This document shows, one piece after another, positions 48,037 to 58,324 of a stretch of 64,000 nucleotides of DNA; the stretch's first letter is position 1, and every line of letters starts with the position of its first letter. The translations under genes and the position numbers were made by a program. Below the pieces are notes generated by a model. The model was not told where the DNA came from, searched no databases, and worked only from the letters and a program-made list of their open reading frames with translations. Source of the stretch: Desulfosudaceae bacterium (GTDB lineage Bacteria; Desulfobacterota; Desulfobacteria; Desulfobacterales; Desulfosudaceae); assembly GCA_963674745.2 (NCBI GenBank), contig CAXXDV010000001.1, positions 384,001-448,000 of the forward strand, written 5' to 3'.

Positions 48037-49821
48037 ATGAATGATTCCCCACTTATTACTTTGTTTAAAGAACAATTAGAGAATGAATCTTTATCGATAG
48101 CTCAAACCTTAGGATTATCAAAACGTGGGGACCATCTAATATGGTGGTATTTTAGGAAATTATTTGGATTATCTGATGCAGAAATTTCTGAAATAATCTG
48201 CGATGGTGGCAATGATTTGGGCATTGACGCTGTATATATAGATCCTGACAATTATGTCCATTTTTTTCAATTTAAAAATCCAGAATCTGTTGATAATATC
48301 ATGGCTGCAGGGGACATAGACAAAATGTTATCCGGTTTGCATCTTATTTTAGAAAGGAACCATGATAAAATTGCCAATGAAGAATTAAGGGGAAGGGTCG
48401 AAGAAATCTATCAAATCATACCAAATGGGTATCGTATCCATATAATAACATCTGGAAATGAAATTCCTAAAGAATCTAAGATAAAAATAGAATCTTTTAT
48501 TGATAGCCTTCAAGGACCATCAGAGGATTTCATTTCATGGATTGTTGAGAATATAAAATACCTTCAGGATACATTTTACAGGAAATCCCTACCTGTAATC
48601 GAAGACAACATTGTTTTTTCGATCGAAAGGGGAATCCCCTATCAAGTTCGATCGGCAAACCATGATTGTTATATTCTGCATTCTACTGGAAAATTTTTGG
48701 CTGAACTATATGACAAATACGGCGAACAACTTTTGCAACAAAATATAAGGGTTTATCGTGGCGACAGATCAACAAATGCAGCTATAAGACAAACCTGCAT
48801 TGGGGAAGAATCTGCTAATTTTTTTCACTTTAATAATGGCATAACTTTTTTATGTGAAGAGGCCAAATGGGATCAGTTTACGGGTGTTTTAACTCTTAAA
48901 AAGGCGCAAATAGTAAATGGTGGCCAAACAGCACGTGTTATATACCGCTCGTATAATGATGGTAATTTGAAGGGAGATGTTTTAATCCCTATCCGGGTAA
49001 TCACCTCTCAAGGTGATAAGGATTTCGCAAATAACGTCGCTGTGAATCTAAACAATCAAAATACAGTTGAAAGCAGTTTCTTAAGATCGAACCACCCAAG
49101 TATAATCCAGCTTTCGAACTCAATGGCGACACTTGGGTGGTATTTGGAGAGAAGGGAAGATGAACTTAAGTATTTGACGGATGGAGAAAGGCAAGAAATA
49201 GAACAAAAAATTGGCCAATCTTTAGACGGGCATGTTATCCCCATCAAAGCAGGAACCCAAGCCTATGCTGCAACTTTCTATAGACAGCCGGAGTTAGCGA
49301 AAAAAAATCTTAAATTACTATTTATGAATAGAAGTGACAATGGGCATTTTGATAGAATATTTAACGCTAATTTAACTGCTGAAAACTTTTTAAACTCTTT
49401 CAGGATAAAACAACATATTGATGATTATGTCAAAAGATTTGGTACAATGAAAAGAAGAAAAGCAAGAATTGATGGATGGAAAGATGAATACAAAGATTTT
49501 TTAGGTGAATCAATTTACGATAATTATATTGATATCATTGATCAAGTTATCCCTCAATCTGCTGTTTTTGTCACGGCTGTTATTTTTGAAAAAAATGTAA
49601 AAATAAAAGGAGTAAGTGTTGATAATCTATTAGATGTATTAAATGAAAATTCGGATTCTTTAATTAACGGAATCATTTCAAAAATTTTAAATTTTGCAAA
49701 GAATAATCCAGAAGTTGCCAATAAAAGTTGGCCAACTTTATTAAAGAGCCAGACTTTTTTTAATCATATTTGTGCTTATCTAAGTGGCCTTGAAGAAAGA
49801 AGTGCTGAACAAGCGGATTAA
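48037..49821 (+). CDS. Cassette 3: AIPR family (abortive infection phage resistance) protein
   Basis: DGGNDLGIDAV..FQFK N-terminal nuclease-like motif; LLQQNIR; FFHFNNGIT; QIVNGGQT; NNQN. Confidence 0.88.
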   Translation: MNDSPLITLFKEQLENESLSIAQTLGLSKRGDHLIWWYFRKLFGLSDAEISEIICDGGNDLGIDAVYIDPDNYVHFFQFKNPESVDNIMAAGDIDKMLSGLHLILERNHDKIANEELRGRVEEIYQIIPNGYRIHIITSGNEIPKESKIKIESFIDSLQGPSEDFISWIVENIKYLQDTFYRKSLPVIEDNIVFSIERGIPYQVRSANHDCYILHSTGKFLAELYDKYGEQLLQQNIRVYRGDRSTNAAIRQTCIGEESANFFHFNNGITFLCEEAKWDQFTGVLTLKKAQIVNGGQTARVIYRSYNDGNLKGDVLIPIRVITSQGDKDFANNVAVNLNNQNTVESSFLRSNHPSIIQLSNSMATLGWYLERREDELKYLTDGERQEIEQKIGQSLDGHVIPIKAGTQAYAATFYRQPELAKKNLKLLFMNRSDNGHFDRIFNANLTAENFLNSFRIKQHIDDYVKRFGTMKRRKARIDGWKDEYKDFLGESIYDNYIDIIDQVIPQSAVFVTAVIFEKNVKIKGVSVDNLLDVLNENSDSLINGIISKILNFAKNNPEVANKSWPTLLKSQTFFNHICAYLSGLEERSAEQAD

Positions 49822-49879
49822 CTTTGATCCAAAAAACCTGGCGCTTTTTGTGGGTAAGACCAAACGCTACAAATTAGGT
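49804..49879 (+). mobile_element. Degenerate or truncated attC site 3
   Basis: GCTGAAC-aag-CGGATTAAC left half contains the AIPR stop codon; a short hairpin follows. No matching L'; possible decayed R' ATTAGGT at 49873-49879. Confidence 0.45.
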
Positions 49880-49888
49880 GGAAATTCG

Positions 49889-50765
49889 ATGAAAAAGAAT
49901 AGCCAGATGCCGAAATACCATGAGCTCATGAACCCACTTCTTAAAGCGCTTCATGAATTGGGCGGCTCAGGTTCCATTGAAGAGATTGCGCAAAAAGTTT
50001 CAGAATTATCCGGCTTACCGGAAGAGATATTGAATATTCCGCATAACCCGGAAAAGAGCAGTCAGACTGAAATTGAATATCGTTTGGCCTGGGCACGCTC
50101 CTATCTGAAAAAATATGGTTTATTGGACAATTCAGATAGAGGTGTCTGGCTGATTGTTCCTGAAAAACGCGATGTAAAAACGGTTGATCCCCAAGTTGTT
50201 GTAAAAACAGTACGAGACGAACACAAAAAACAAAAAGCGGCCAGCGAAAAGGCAAAAACAGAAGAAGATGTGGAAGACGATATTGAAATTCCGGATGAGG
50301 CTGAGTCCTGGCGTGGCGCCCTCCATCATGTCCTCATAAACGAAATATCGCCGGATGCTTTTGAAAGATTAACAAAAAGAATTCTAAGGGAATCCGGGTT
50401 TGTGCAGGTTGAAGTAACGGGCCGTTCCGGGGATGGTGGAATCGACGGTAAAGGCATCATGCGATTAAGTGGTCTGCTGAGTTTTCACGTAATTTTTCAG
50501 TGCAAGAAATACAAGGGTACCGTTACGCCTCGGATATTCGTGATTTCAGAGGGGCAATGATAGGGCGGGCCGACAAGGGCCTTTTATCACAACAGGCACT
50601 TTTACTCGCGATGCTGTCCGCGAGGCAACAAGGGATGGGGCGCCACCGATCGATCTTGTTGATGGGGACCAGCTCGCGGACAAGTTAAAGGAATTGGGGC
50701 TTGGAATAAAAAAAGAAATGGTCGAAAAAATTTCAATCGATACGGAGTGGTTCAAATCAATATAG
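49889..50765 (+). pseudogene. mrr: Mrr-family type IV restriction endonuclease with two single-base deletions
   Basis: Mrr_N region (EYRLAWARSYLKK.GL); FERL..GRSGDGGIDG..FQCKKY. The continuation ASDIRDFRGAMIGRADKG and then ITTGTFT..PPIDLVDG..WFKSI* needs frameshifts at about 50526 and 50585. Confidence 0.85.
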
Positions 50766-50809
50766 GATGTATCAAGGAAAAAGATAAAGATCGTAGAGGG
50801 AAAAACAGA

Positions 50810-51838
50810 ATGACCCGACCATCCGACACATCCGAAATTGTCCTTTATCAAACCGAAGACGGCAAGATAAAGATTGACACGGTCTTTCAGGACGAAACTA
50901 TCTGGCTGACCCAGGCGAGAATGGCGGAGCTGTTTGACGTCAATGTTCCGGCCATATCCAAACATCTAAACAACATATTTGAAGAGGGAGAACTGCAAAA
51001 AGAGGCAACTGTTTCCAAAATGGAAACAGTTCAACAGGAAGGCAACCGGCAGGTGACCCGGACCAGGGACTTTTATAATCTCGACGCCATCATTGCCGTG
51101 GGTTACCGGGTCAATTCCAAAAGAGCCACCCAGTTCAGAATCTGGGCGACCCATATCCTGAAAGAGTACATTATCAAAGGCTTTGCCATGGATGATGACC
51201 GCCTGAAACAGGCGGACCGATGGGACTATTTTGATGAGTGGCTGGAACGTATTCGGGATATCCGGGCATCGGAAAAACGCTTTTATCAGAAAATTCGGGA
51301 TATTTACGCTACGGCCATAGATTACGATAAAAACTCGGAACAGGCGCAAGTTTTTTTTAAGAAGGTTCAGAATAAAATGCTCTGGGCCATCACCGGCAAA
51401 ACCGCAGCCGAAATTATCGAATCACGAAGCAATCCGGACAAACCCAATATGGGCCTTACCTCATGGCGTGGTTCCATAGTCAGAAAATATGATGTAGGTA
51501 TTGCCAAGAATTACCTGAAGGCAGATGAGATAAAGGACTTGAATGAGATCGTGACCATGTATCTGGATTATGCCGAAAGGCAGGCCCGGCAGAGAAAAAC
51601 CGTGACCATGGAACATTGGTCGGATAAACTCGATGCCTTTCTGAAATTCAATGAGCAGGAATTGTTGACCCATGCGGGAAAAGTGAAGGCGGAAGTCGCT
51701 AAAAAAATCGCTGAAGACCGATACGGAGCGTTTGATAAAAAACGAAAAACAGCCGAGGCCCGAGCGGCTGATGAGGAAGATTTAAAAGCGCTTGAAGAAA
51801 TCGAAAAAATGCTTCTTGAAAAGCGAGATGAGAACTAA
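50810..51838 (+). CDS. RhuM-family (virulence RhuM) protein
   Basis: IVLYQTEDG; ETIWLTQ..MAELF; YNLDAIIAVGYRVNSKRATQFR.WAT; IRDIRASEKRFYQK; AKNYL. Confidence 0.9.
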   Translation: MTRPSDTSEIVLYQTEDGKIKIDTVFQDETIWLTQARMAELFDVNVPAISKHLNNIFEEGELQKEATVSKMETVQQEGNRQVTRTRDFYNLDAIIAVGYRVNSKRATQFRIWATHILKEYIIKGFAMDDDRLKQADRWDYFDEWLERIRDIRASEKRFYQKIRDIYATAIDYDKNSEQAQVFFKKVQNKMLWAITGKTAAEIIESRSNPDKPNMGLTSWRGSIVRKYDVGIAKNYLKADEIKDLNEIVTMYLDYAERQARQRKTVTMEHWSDKLDAFLKFNEQELLTHAGKVKAEVAKKIAEDRYGAFDKKRKTAEARAADEEDLKALEEIEKMLLEKRDEN

Positions 51839-54800
51839 CCCATCAACGATTCCACAATACCCGGCAGCAGTTCCGGGAGCATGGCAATGTCTTTGATGAT
51901 CAGGTACTCTTCCGGGGCGCACATTTTTTTCAGGTAATCGTTGCCGGCCTGGTCGATGGTAATGCAGAACGGTTTGATGTCCAGCCGTTTGGCCTCGATA
52001 AAGGCCATCATGGTGTCGTTCAGCCCGTATTCCCGCGACTTTCTGTCTTCACCATAATCAAGGTCCTGGGGAAAACCGTCACTGAGCAGAATCAACAGGC
52101 GATGGTCGGCCTCAAGGTTGCTTAATTTTGCGGCGGCATGGCGGATGGCCGTGCCCATGCGCGTGCTCTGCTTGGGCTCGATACCGCAGATCCGCATTTT
52201 AACCTTCTCGGAGTTGGTCTCCTCAAAGGATTTGATGACATAATAATCCACGTTTTTTCGACCGCGTCCGGAAAACCCGTACATGGCATACTGGTCACCG
52301 AGCGCGTCCAGGGCTTCGGACATGACGATCAGGCTCTCCTTTTCAATATCGATCACCCGCTTGTCATCCTCGTCCGGGGCGCTGTCCGGCCGGTCGCTAT
52401 CCGTTTGATCCGGGGCGGATATGTCAGACGCCCGGTCTTCGGTGGAAGCGCTCATATCAATCAGCAAAAGGGTCGACATGTGCCGCACTTTTTTGTCTTT
52501 GCGGCAGAACACCCGATCCGAAGGGATTGCCCCGGCCTTTTTGTCGACCACGCTCCGGATCAGGGCCGTCAGGTCGATTTCATCTCCCTGGTCGACATTA
52601 TGGATAATATCCAGTGATGCCGGCCGGATACGCTGAAACTGGAAGCGGACTTTGCGAATCAGGTCGCCGTATTCCGTGTATATCCGGTGATATTGGTCCG
52701 GATCACTCTGGGGCGTCCGCCTTTCTTTGAGGCAACACCACCTGGTCCGGTATTCTTCAGCCAGGTAATCCCACTCATCATAAAAAAACGTTTTCTTTTC
52801 GCTGCGGCCTTTAACCACCGCTTTTCCGGCTTTTATCCGCTGTTTGTTGTCCTTTTTTTCACGGTTGTCTGACTGATCTCCGACATCCCCCTTGACCGTA
52901 AAGTCCTCCAGATCGGAAAGATAAAGCCCTTTTGCGGACGGCGTGAAGTCAAGAGAACTTAACAGGGTCATATCCTGGGTCATATCAAGCAGCCGTTCCA
53001 GCTCTTCCGGCGTCAGGGTGATATCATCGCCCTGACCGGGTTCATCAGCCTCAACGACCCTGTCCGGCACGACATCTTCCAGCCCCTCTCCTGCCGGGCC
53101 GTCCGGCATCCCGTCCATGCGAAGCGATACGGGTAAAATTGTCTTTTGGGTTCTGCGCCGTCCGAGAGCACTCAGGGCGTCATAGATCAGGGCCGTTTTT
53201 TTATATGAATCAAGCACATTTTCCGAATTTAAATGAAAATCAGACACCTGCTCTTTTAAAAAGGCACCGGCGGAAACGAGGGGTTCGGTTGTTTCGATGT
53301 CAACCGGGTAATCAAGGCAAAGCCGCAAAAGCCACTCAAGGGCCGTGCCCAGGAGATTGTTGTAGGGGACCGGCCGCTTTAACATCGATTTTCCGATAAC
53401 GCGCCCGATATCCGGGGCCAGCCCGGGATAATGTTTTCTGAGGTTGCGAAAAACCCTGCCGTCTTCAAGGATATGAAAGATCTCAAGGGCCAGCTCCCTG
53501 TCCGGAAAAGATTCCAGAAGGGACCATATGCCGGCAAATTCGGGGTTCAATGTTCCGAACTCCAGATACCCGGCCTTTAACGCGGCGGCCACCTTATAAA
53601 AACTTAAATTGGCCTCGGCATTGTTCTCTTCGGCAACATATGGCGCCAGATAAAACGTGAACCCGTTTTCATCGGCCTTAAGGCCAAGCCGATTTTTATC
53701 GACAAGGTCCATTTCTTCTCTGCTGCGGATGCGGATTTTTTCTCCGCAGAGCGCCCGGCAGAACAAGCCCAGCATTTCCCGGTTTTGTTCCAGAAAGGCG
53801 GCGTTTCCCCATTTGTCCAGTTCGGCGGCTGAGGCCGGCGAGTTCAGGCGAAAATAAGCCAGGCCATCTTCCGGATTATCTTTGAAAATCGCCACGCCTT
53901 TGCTGACCCAGTACGCCAGAAAAAGAACCGGTATTTGCCCCAAAACCGCTTTAATATTCTGATAATAGGCCAGGCCGACGGCCGCCGAAGCCTCTTCCAG
54001 GCGGCTGTCCATCTTGACAATCATTTCCTGGACCGGATTTGAAAAAAGGGTCAGTGACTGCACCATATCATTAAAAACAGAAAGGATATCTTCAGGCCGG
54101 CCGGATGACAGGTCCATGATTTTTTCCAGAACCACATCGCGCAGGTTGGGGTTTATCCGCCGGACAAGGCCGGGACCGGTTTGGTAAAATTCAACGGCCT
54201 TGTCGGCAAAGGCGGTTGAGGCAATACCGGTAATCCTGAAAATTTTCGTTATTTCAGAAAGGTAAAGCTGATCAAGGCCCTCGGGCGTCAGAGAGAAATA
54301 ACGGGTGGCGGCCTGACCGCTTTGCCTTAACAGAAGGCAGCCGGTTTCCCGCCAGATTTTATAAACCCGTGGGGTGAGAAAGCGCAGCACCCGGCCCGAT
54401 GTGGTTAAAAAAGCGGAAACCGTCTCTTCTTCGGCATGTTCAAGGCCGAAAATCCGGATCGCGTCTGAAGCCAGCTGGTTGATCTGGGGAAACCGCGCGC
54501 TTTCCAGAAATTCCGGGGTGGCGGCAAAATAATCCCCGGCACAGGGAATCGATATTTTTCCGATCCTGATGCCGGCATTGCCCCAGTCTTTAAGGTGATC
54601 AAACCCTTCGTTGCAGAAAAACGGACCGCTTGATTCAAAATAGTGTCGCACCAGGCCGTCGTTTTCCGGAAAGGCCCGGCTGATTTTTTTCCCGGTTGAT
54701 ACCCAGCGGCCATAGTCTTTTTTTGAAAGAACCGCCCGGGCATGCCCGGCGGCCGTTAAAAACGATTTTCCGCAGGCTTCGGATATATCTGTAAAAAAAG

Positions 54801-54852
54801 CAACATCAATGTCCGGAATCATATCGCGGGTAGGGTTGTCCGGGCTGGTCAT
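51835..54852 (-). CDS. NorD/CbbO-like von Willebrand factor A protein
   Basis: YDEWDY; GDEIDL; MIDAS DMSAST; STRMGTAIRHA; LSDGFPQD; PFCITID. Confidence 0.88.
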   Translation of the reverse strand: MTSPDNPTRDMIPDIDVAFFTDISEACGKSFLTAAGHARAVLSKKDYGRWVSTGKKISRAFPENDGLVRHYFESSGPFFCNEGFDHLKDWGNAGIRIGKISIPCAGDYFAATPEFLESARFPQINQLASDAIRIFGLEHAEEETVSAFLTTSGRVLRFLTPRVYKIWRETGCLLLRQSGQAATRYFSLTPEGLDQLYLSEITKIFRITGIASTAFADKAVEFYQTGPGLVRRINPNLRDVVLEKIMDLSSGRPEDILSVFNDMVQSLTLFSNPVQEMIVKMDSRLEEASAAVGLAYYQNIKAVLGQIPVLFLAYWVSKGVAIFKDNPEDGLAYFRLNSPASAAELDKWGNAAFLEQNREMLGLFCRALCGEKIRIRSREEMDLVDKNRLGLKADENGFTFYLAPYVAEENNAEANLSFYKVAAALKAGYLEFGTLNPEFAGIWSLLESFPDRELALEIFHILEDGRVFRNLRKHYPGLAPDIGRVIGKSMLKRPVPYNNLLGTALEWLLRLCLDYPVDIETTEPLVSAGAFLKEQVSDFHLNSENVLDSYKKTALIYDALSALGRRRTQKTILPVSLRMDGMPDGPAGEGLEDVVPDRVVEADEPGQGDDITLTPEELERLLDMTQDMTLLSSLDFTPSAKGLYLSDLEDFTVKGDVGDQSDNREKKDNKQRIKAGKAVVKGRSEKKTFFYDEWDYLAEEYRTRWCCLKERRTPQSDPDQYHRIYTEYGDLIRKVRFQFQRIRPASLDIIHNVDQGDEIDLTALIRSVVDKKAGAIPSDRVFCRKDKKVRHMSTLLLIDMSASTEDRASDISAPDQTDSDRPDSAPDEDDKRVIDIEKESLIVMSEALDALGDQYAMYGFSGRGRKNVDYYVIKSFEETNSEKVKMRICGIEPKQSTRMGTAIRHAAAKLSNLEADHRLLILLSDGFPQDLDYGEDRKSREYGLNDTMMAFIEAKRLDIKPFCITIDQAGNDYLKKMCAPEEYLIIKDIAMLPELLPGIVESLMG

Positions 54853-54857
54853 GGCGA

Positions 54858-55700
54858 TTATTCCGGGAAAATGGCGAAGATCACTTCGTTGATGGCCCGG
54901 CGGACCTCTTTTTCTTCCGTCAGCAGCGATGTGATGGAAACATCGCAGGCCCGCCGGGGGGAGATCCCCTTTGTTATCAGGTGTCCGGCATACACCAAAA
55001 CCCGGGTACTGGCACCTTCGGTCAGGGCATGCCCTTCAATATGCCTGATTTTTTCGCCCACCCGTGCCAGATCCAGGGCGGTCTTTTTATCGACACCGCT
55101 TTCATGATGGATGATCTCGGCCTCGTTTTCTTTGTCCGGGTAGTTAAAATCAATGGCGATGAATCGCTGTTTGGTGCTCTGTTTCAGCTCTTTGATAATA
55201 CTCTGATAGCCCGGGTTGTAAGAGATCACCAGGAAAAAAGTATCGTCCGCTTCGATAACCGTCCCTTTTTTGTCCACCGGCAGAATCCGCCGGTGGTCGG
55301 CCAGGGGATGAATAATGACGGTGGTGTCCTTTCTGGCTTCGACAATTTCATCCAGGTAACAGATCCCGCCGCTTTTTACCGCCGTTGCCAGCGGACCGTC
55401 CATCCAGACCGTCTCATCGCCTTTAAGCAGGTATTTACCCACCAGGTCGGTCGTGGTCAGGTCCTCATGGCAGGCCACGGTTATCACGGGCAGGCCGTTT
55501 TTCCGCTTTATTTTTTTCCCCAGGGTATAGGCCATAAATTCAACAAACCGGGTTTTTCCGGTCCCGGTCGGGCCTTTTAAAAGTACCGGTATCTTGGATT
55601 CATAGGCGGCCGTAAACAACTCCACCTCATCGCCAAACGGCAGGTAATAAGGCTTCTCGGTAATGGTATGGTGCTTTATCTGGATCTCGCGTGCTTTCAT
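54858..55700 (-). CDS. CbbQ/NirQ/NorQ MoxR-type AAA+ ATPase
   Basis: GPTGTGKT; ACHEDL; WMDGPL; YLDEIVEARKDT; SYNPGYQ; STKQRF; STRVL. Start taken at ATG 55700 after AGGAG. Confidence 0.92.
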   Translation of the reverse strand: MKAREIQIKHHTITEKPYYLPFGDEVELFTAAYESKIPVLLKGPTGTGKTRFVEFMAYTLGKKIKRKNGLPVITVACHEDLTTTDLVGKYLLKGDETVWMDGPLATAVKSGGICYLDEIVEARKDTTVIIHPLADHRRILPVDKKGTVIEADDTFFLVISYNPGYQSIIKELKQSTKQRFIAIDFNYPDKENEAEIIHHESGVDKKTALDLARVGEKIRHIEGHALTEGASTRVLVYAGHLITKGISPRRACDVSITSLLTEEKEVRRAINEVIFAIFPE

Positions 55701-55827
55701 TGTCGTGCTCCTGGCTTTATCAACGTCCCCATTATTCACATCAAGTCCTTATACAGTCGTACAAATTTATATCTTTGTAAGCATTACCACAAAAACGAAT
55801 GATTACCAAGAAGCCTTTTGCCTAATT

Positions 55828-56937
55828 TCATCTTCTTTTTTTTATGGCTTTCACTTTCAAAGCCACCGCTTTCCAGCGTTCCTTTTCCACCCGGTCGGCA
55901 CTTTTATGCTGCCTGTCGGACAGGTATGCCAGTTCCCGTTCCATTTTCCGGAAATTTTCAAGCCGGTCCGGTGAAAGATCCCCTTCTGCCAGCGCCTGAA
56001 GAACCCGGCAACCGGGTTCATGGGTATGACTGCAATCGGGGAACCGGCAATCTCCGGCAAAGCGTTCAATTTCCGGAAAAGCCGCCCTGATCCCGCCGTC
56101 ATCGTCCCAGAAGGCGATTTCACGGATACCGGGATTGTCGATCACCATCCCGCCCCGGGGCATTACGATCAGGTCCCGGGTGGTGGTGGTGTGCACCCCT
56201 TTCCCCACGCTTTTACTGATCGTCCGGGTTGCCTGGACGTCCTGGCCATAGAGCCGGTTGACCAGGGTGGATTTTCCCGCTCCGGAAGAACCGACCATGG
56301 TCGTGGTTTGTCCCGGAGACAGACAGGCCTCCAGGTGAGCCAGCCCGCTGCCGTCCAGTGCCGAGACCGAATATACCGGCACCCCGAAGGCAATGGATTC
56401 CACCTGGCCGGTAAAATGTTCGGGATGTTGATGCAGATCGGCTTTTGTCAGAACGATGACGGGAGCCAGACCGTTGTTGTAAACCAGGGTCAGGTATCGC
56501 TCAATTCGACGCAGGTTAAAATCCCGATCCAGCCCGCAGACGATAAACACGGTATCGAGATTGGCCGCGATAACCTGTTCTTTTTGGGGCAGTCCGTTCT
56601 GTTTACCGTGTGTTCCCGCGGCTCCCCGGGACAGGGCGTTTCTTCGGGCCAGCACCTCAACGATAACGGTATCGGTCAAAAGAACCCAATCCCCTGTGAC
56701 CGGATACAGGCCACCGGTTTGGTGCATAAGCCTTCCGGCTACGGTGGCCAGCCATTCTTTTTCTCCGTTGCTGACCCAAAAGGCGTTTTTCCGAACCCCG
56801 ACCACCCTGGCCGGAATAAATCCATCCGCTCCGAAATCCTTCAGCTGTGCCTCAAAATAAGGTGTCCATCCCAGCTGTAAAAGGTGCCGGGTACGGTCAT
56901 TATTATTTATTCCATTCATATTTAATATTCTGGTCAT
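55828..56937 (-). CDS. rsgA: Ribosome small subunit-dependent GTPase A
   Basis: VTGDWV; AANLD; TKADL; GSSGAGKS; GVHTTT; DNPGIRE; CRFPDCSHTHEPGC. Confidence 0.92.
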   Translation of the reverse strand: MTRILNMNGINNNDRTRHLLQLGWTPYFEAQLKDFGADGFIPARVVGVRKNAFWVSNGEKEWLATVAGRLMHQTGGLYPVTGDWVLLTDTVIVEVLARRNALSRGAAGTHGKQNGLPQKEQVIAANLDTVFIVCGLDRDFNLRRIERYLTLVYNNGLAPVIVLTKADLHQHPEHFTGQVESIAFGVPVYSVSALDGSGLAHLEACLSPGQTTTMVGSSGAGKSTLVNRLYGQDVQATRTISKSVGKGVHTTTTRDLIVMPRGGMVIDNPGIREIAFWDDDGGIRAAFPEIERFAGDCRFPDCSHTHEPGCRVLQALAEGDLSPDRLENFRKMERELAYLSDRQHKSADRVEKERWKAVALKVKAIKKRR

Positions 56938-57410
56938 TTCTGAACTCCGTTGCTTATTGCGTCTTCCCATACCGGCATTTAATGATACCGGGGACCTGAA
57001 CGGGCCCCGCAAACTGCCGGTAGTCATAATAACTTATTGATATCTAATCGAATGAATTGTTGCAGACAGAAGGAACAGCTGTATTGGCAGGCACTCGGGC
57101 AGGAATCCGCAGCAAAACAGACCGGGATAAACAGGTCAGTTCTGAAAAACAAAAACCGTCTAGTCTGTGTATTGCCGTGTTACGACCAATCCGCCGCCAA
57201 TGGGGTATTCCCCCTGTCGGCAACGATCAGCACAATATCCGGTAATGGTTTGAACAAAAAAACCTCTTTGTCATGGTTTTAAAAATATTATTAATATGCC
57301 ATGCCTCAAGGGCCGTCAAGTTTTTTCAACCCCTGTTATATTCTGTCTTCAAGCCTCCCGCCGCCATCCTTCTTGACGAAAAAACCGTGCCGGTGTTATT
57401 AAGATACGAT

Positions 57411-58097
57411 ATGGTGCAAGATTCCCCCCAAAGAAACGCAGATACAGTAGTCGTTCTCGACTTTGAGACCTCCGGATTGTCACCGAACCGGGGCGACCGG
57501 GCAATCGAAATAGGGGCCGTACGAATTGAAAACGGTAAAATCACAGAGCGTTTTCAGCAACTGATGAATCCGGGTATCCGTATATCACCCTTCTTGGAAG
57601 AGTTTACCGGAATCACCAACAAAATGCTGGGCCAGGCCCCTCCCTGCGATGAGGTGATGAATAAATTTGCCGATTTTGTTGATGGCCACAACCTGGTAGC
57701 GCATAACGCATCTTTTGACAAACGTTTTCTTGATGCCGAACTGAATCGCATAAGTCGAAACTACTCCGGCAGTTTTGCCTGTTCGATGCTTGTTTCCAGA
57801 AGAGTTTATCCAGAGATCAGCAGGCACACACTCGGCAATTTGGTACGGTTTAAAGGCATTCCCCAAAACGGCACCTTTCACAGGGCCTTGTCCGATTCTG
57901 AAATGACCGCAAAACTATGGCTTATCATGTTATCAGAGATCAGTGAAAAATATAAAATATCGCCTTTGTCCTTTGTTCTTATGCAGCAACTGGCAAAACA
58001 GAACAAGCGGGCGGTGCATGATTTCCTGCAGCGCCAAAGGGCTTCTGCTGATCAGGGGTGTCCCCGGAAATATTCCTCGAACGGAAGCGGACGGTGA
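57411..58097 (+). CDS. DEDDh 3'-5' exonuclease (DnaQ-like)
   Basis: [22 protein letters not shown]. Confidence 0.9.
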   Translation: MVQDSPQRNADTVVVLDFETSGLSPNRGDRAIEIGAVRIENGKITERFQQLMNPGIRISPFLEEFTGITNKMLGQAPPCDEVMNKFADFVDGHNLVAHNASFDKRFLDAELNRISRNYSGSFACSMLVSRRVYPEISRHTLGNLVRFKGIPQNGTFHRALSDSEMTAKLWLIMLSEISEKYKISPLSFVLMQQLAKQNKRAVHDFLQRQRASADQGCPRKYSSNGSGR

Positions 58098-58324
58098 ACA
58101 AATGTTTTGATAACCCATTAATTTAATACAGCTTATGTAAAGCTGATCGAATCAATTACTGTATTAACATTGGAAGATCGCAATACCACGGATGTTTTAC
58201 AACGGTGGTTTGAAGACCGCCGTCACACACAACCGCAAATGCCCTGCAATCAACCGCACCTAACCAGCAGAAAGATTCCGGGTCGGCTAATTTTGAGGAC
58301 CGACGCTATTTTTATAAATGCCGG

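Noticed and set aside
39332..51838. Prophage or integrative element
   Set aside because: No integrase, transposase, structural or conjugation genes, no tRNA target and no flanking direct repeats were seen. The Bro-N fragment alone is insufficient.
51830..51845. attC after rhuM (AACTAAC)
   Set aside because: It does not match RYYYAAC and has no hairpin or R' box. It is only the overlapping stops of convergent genes.
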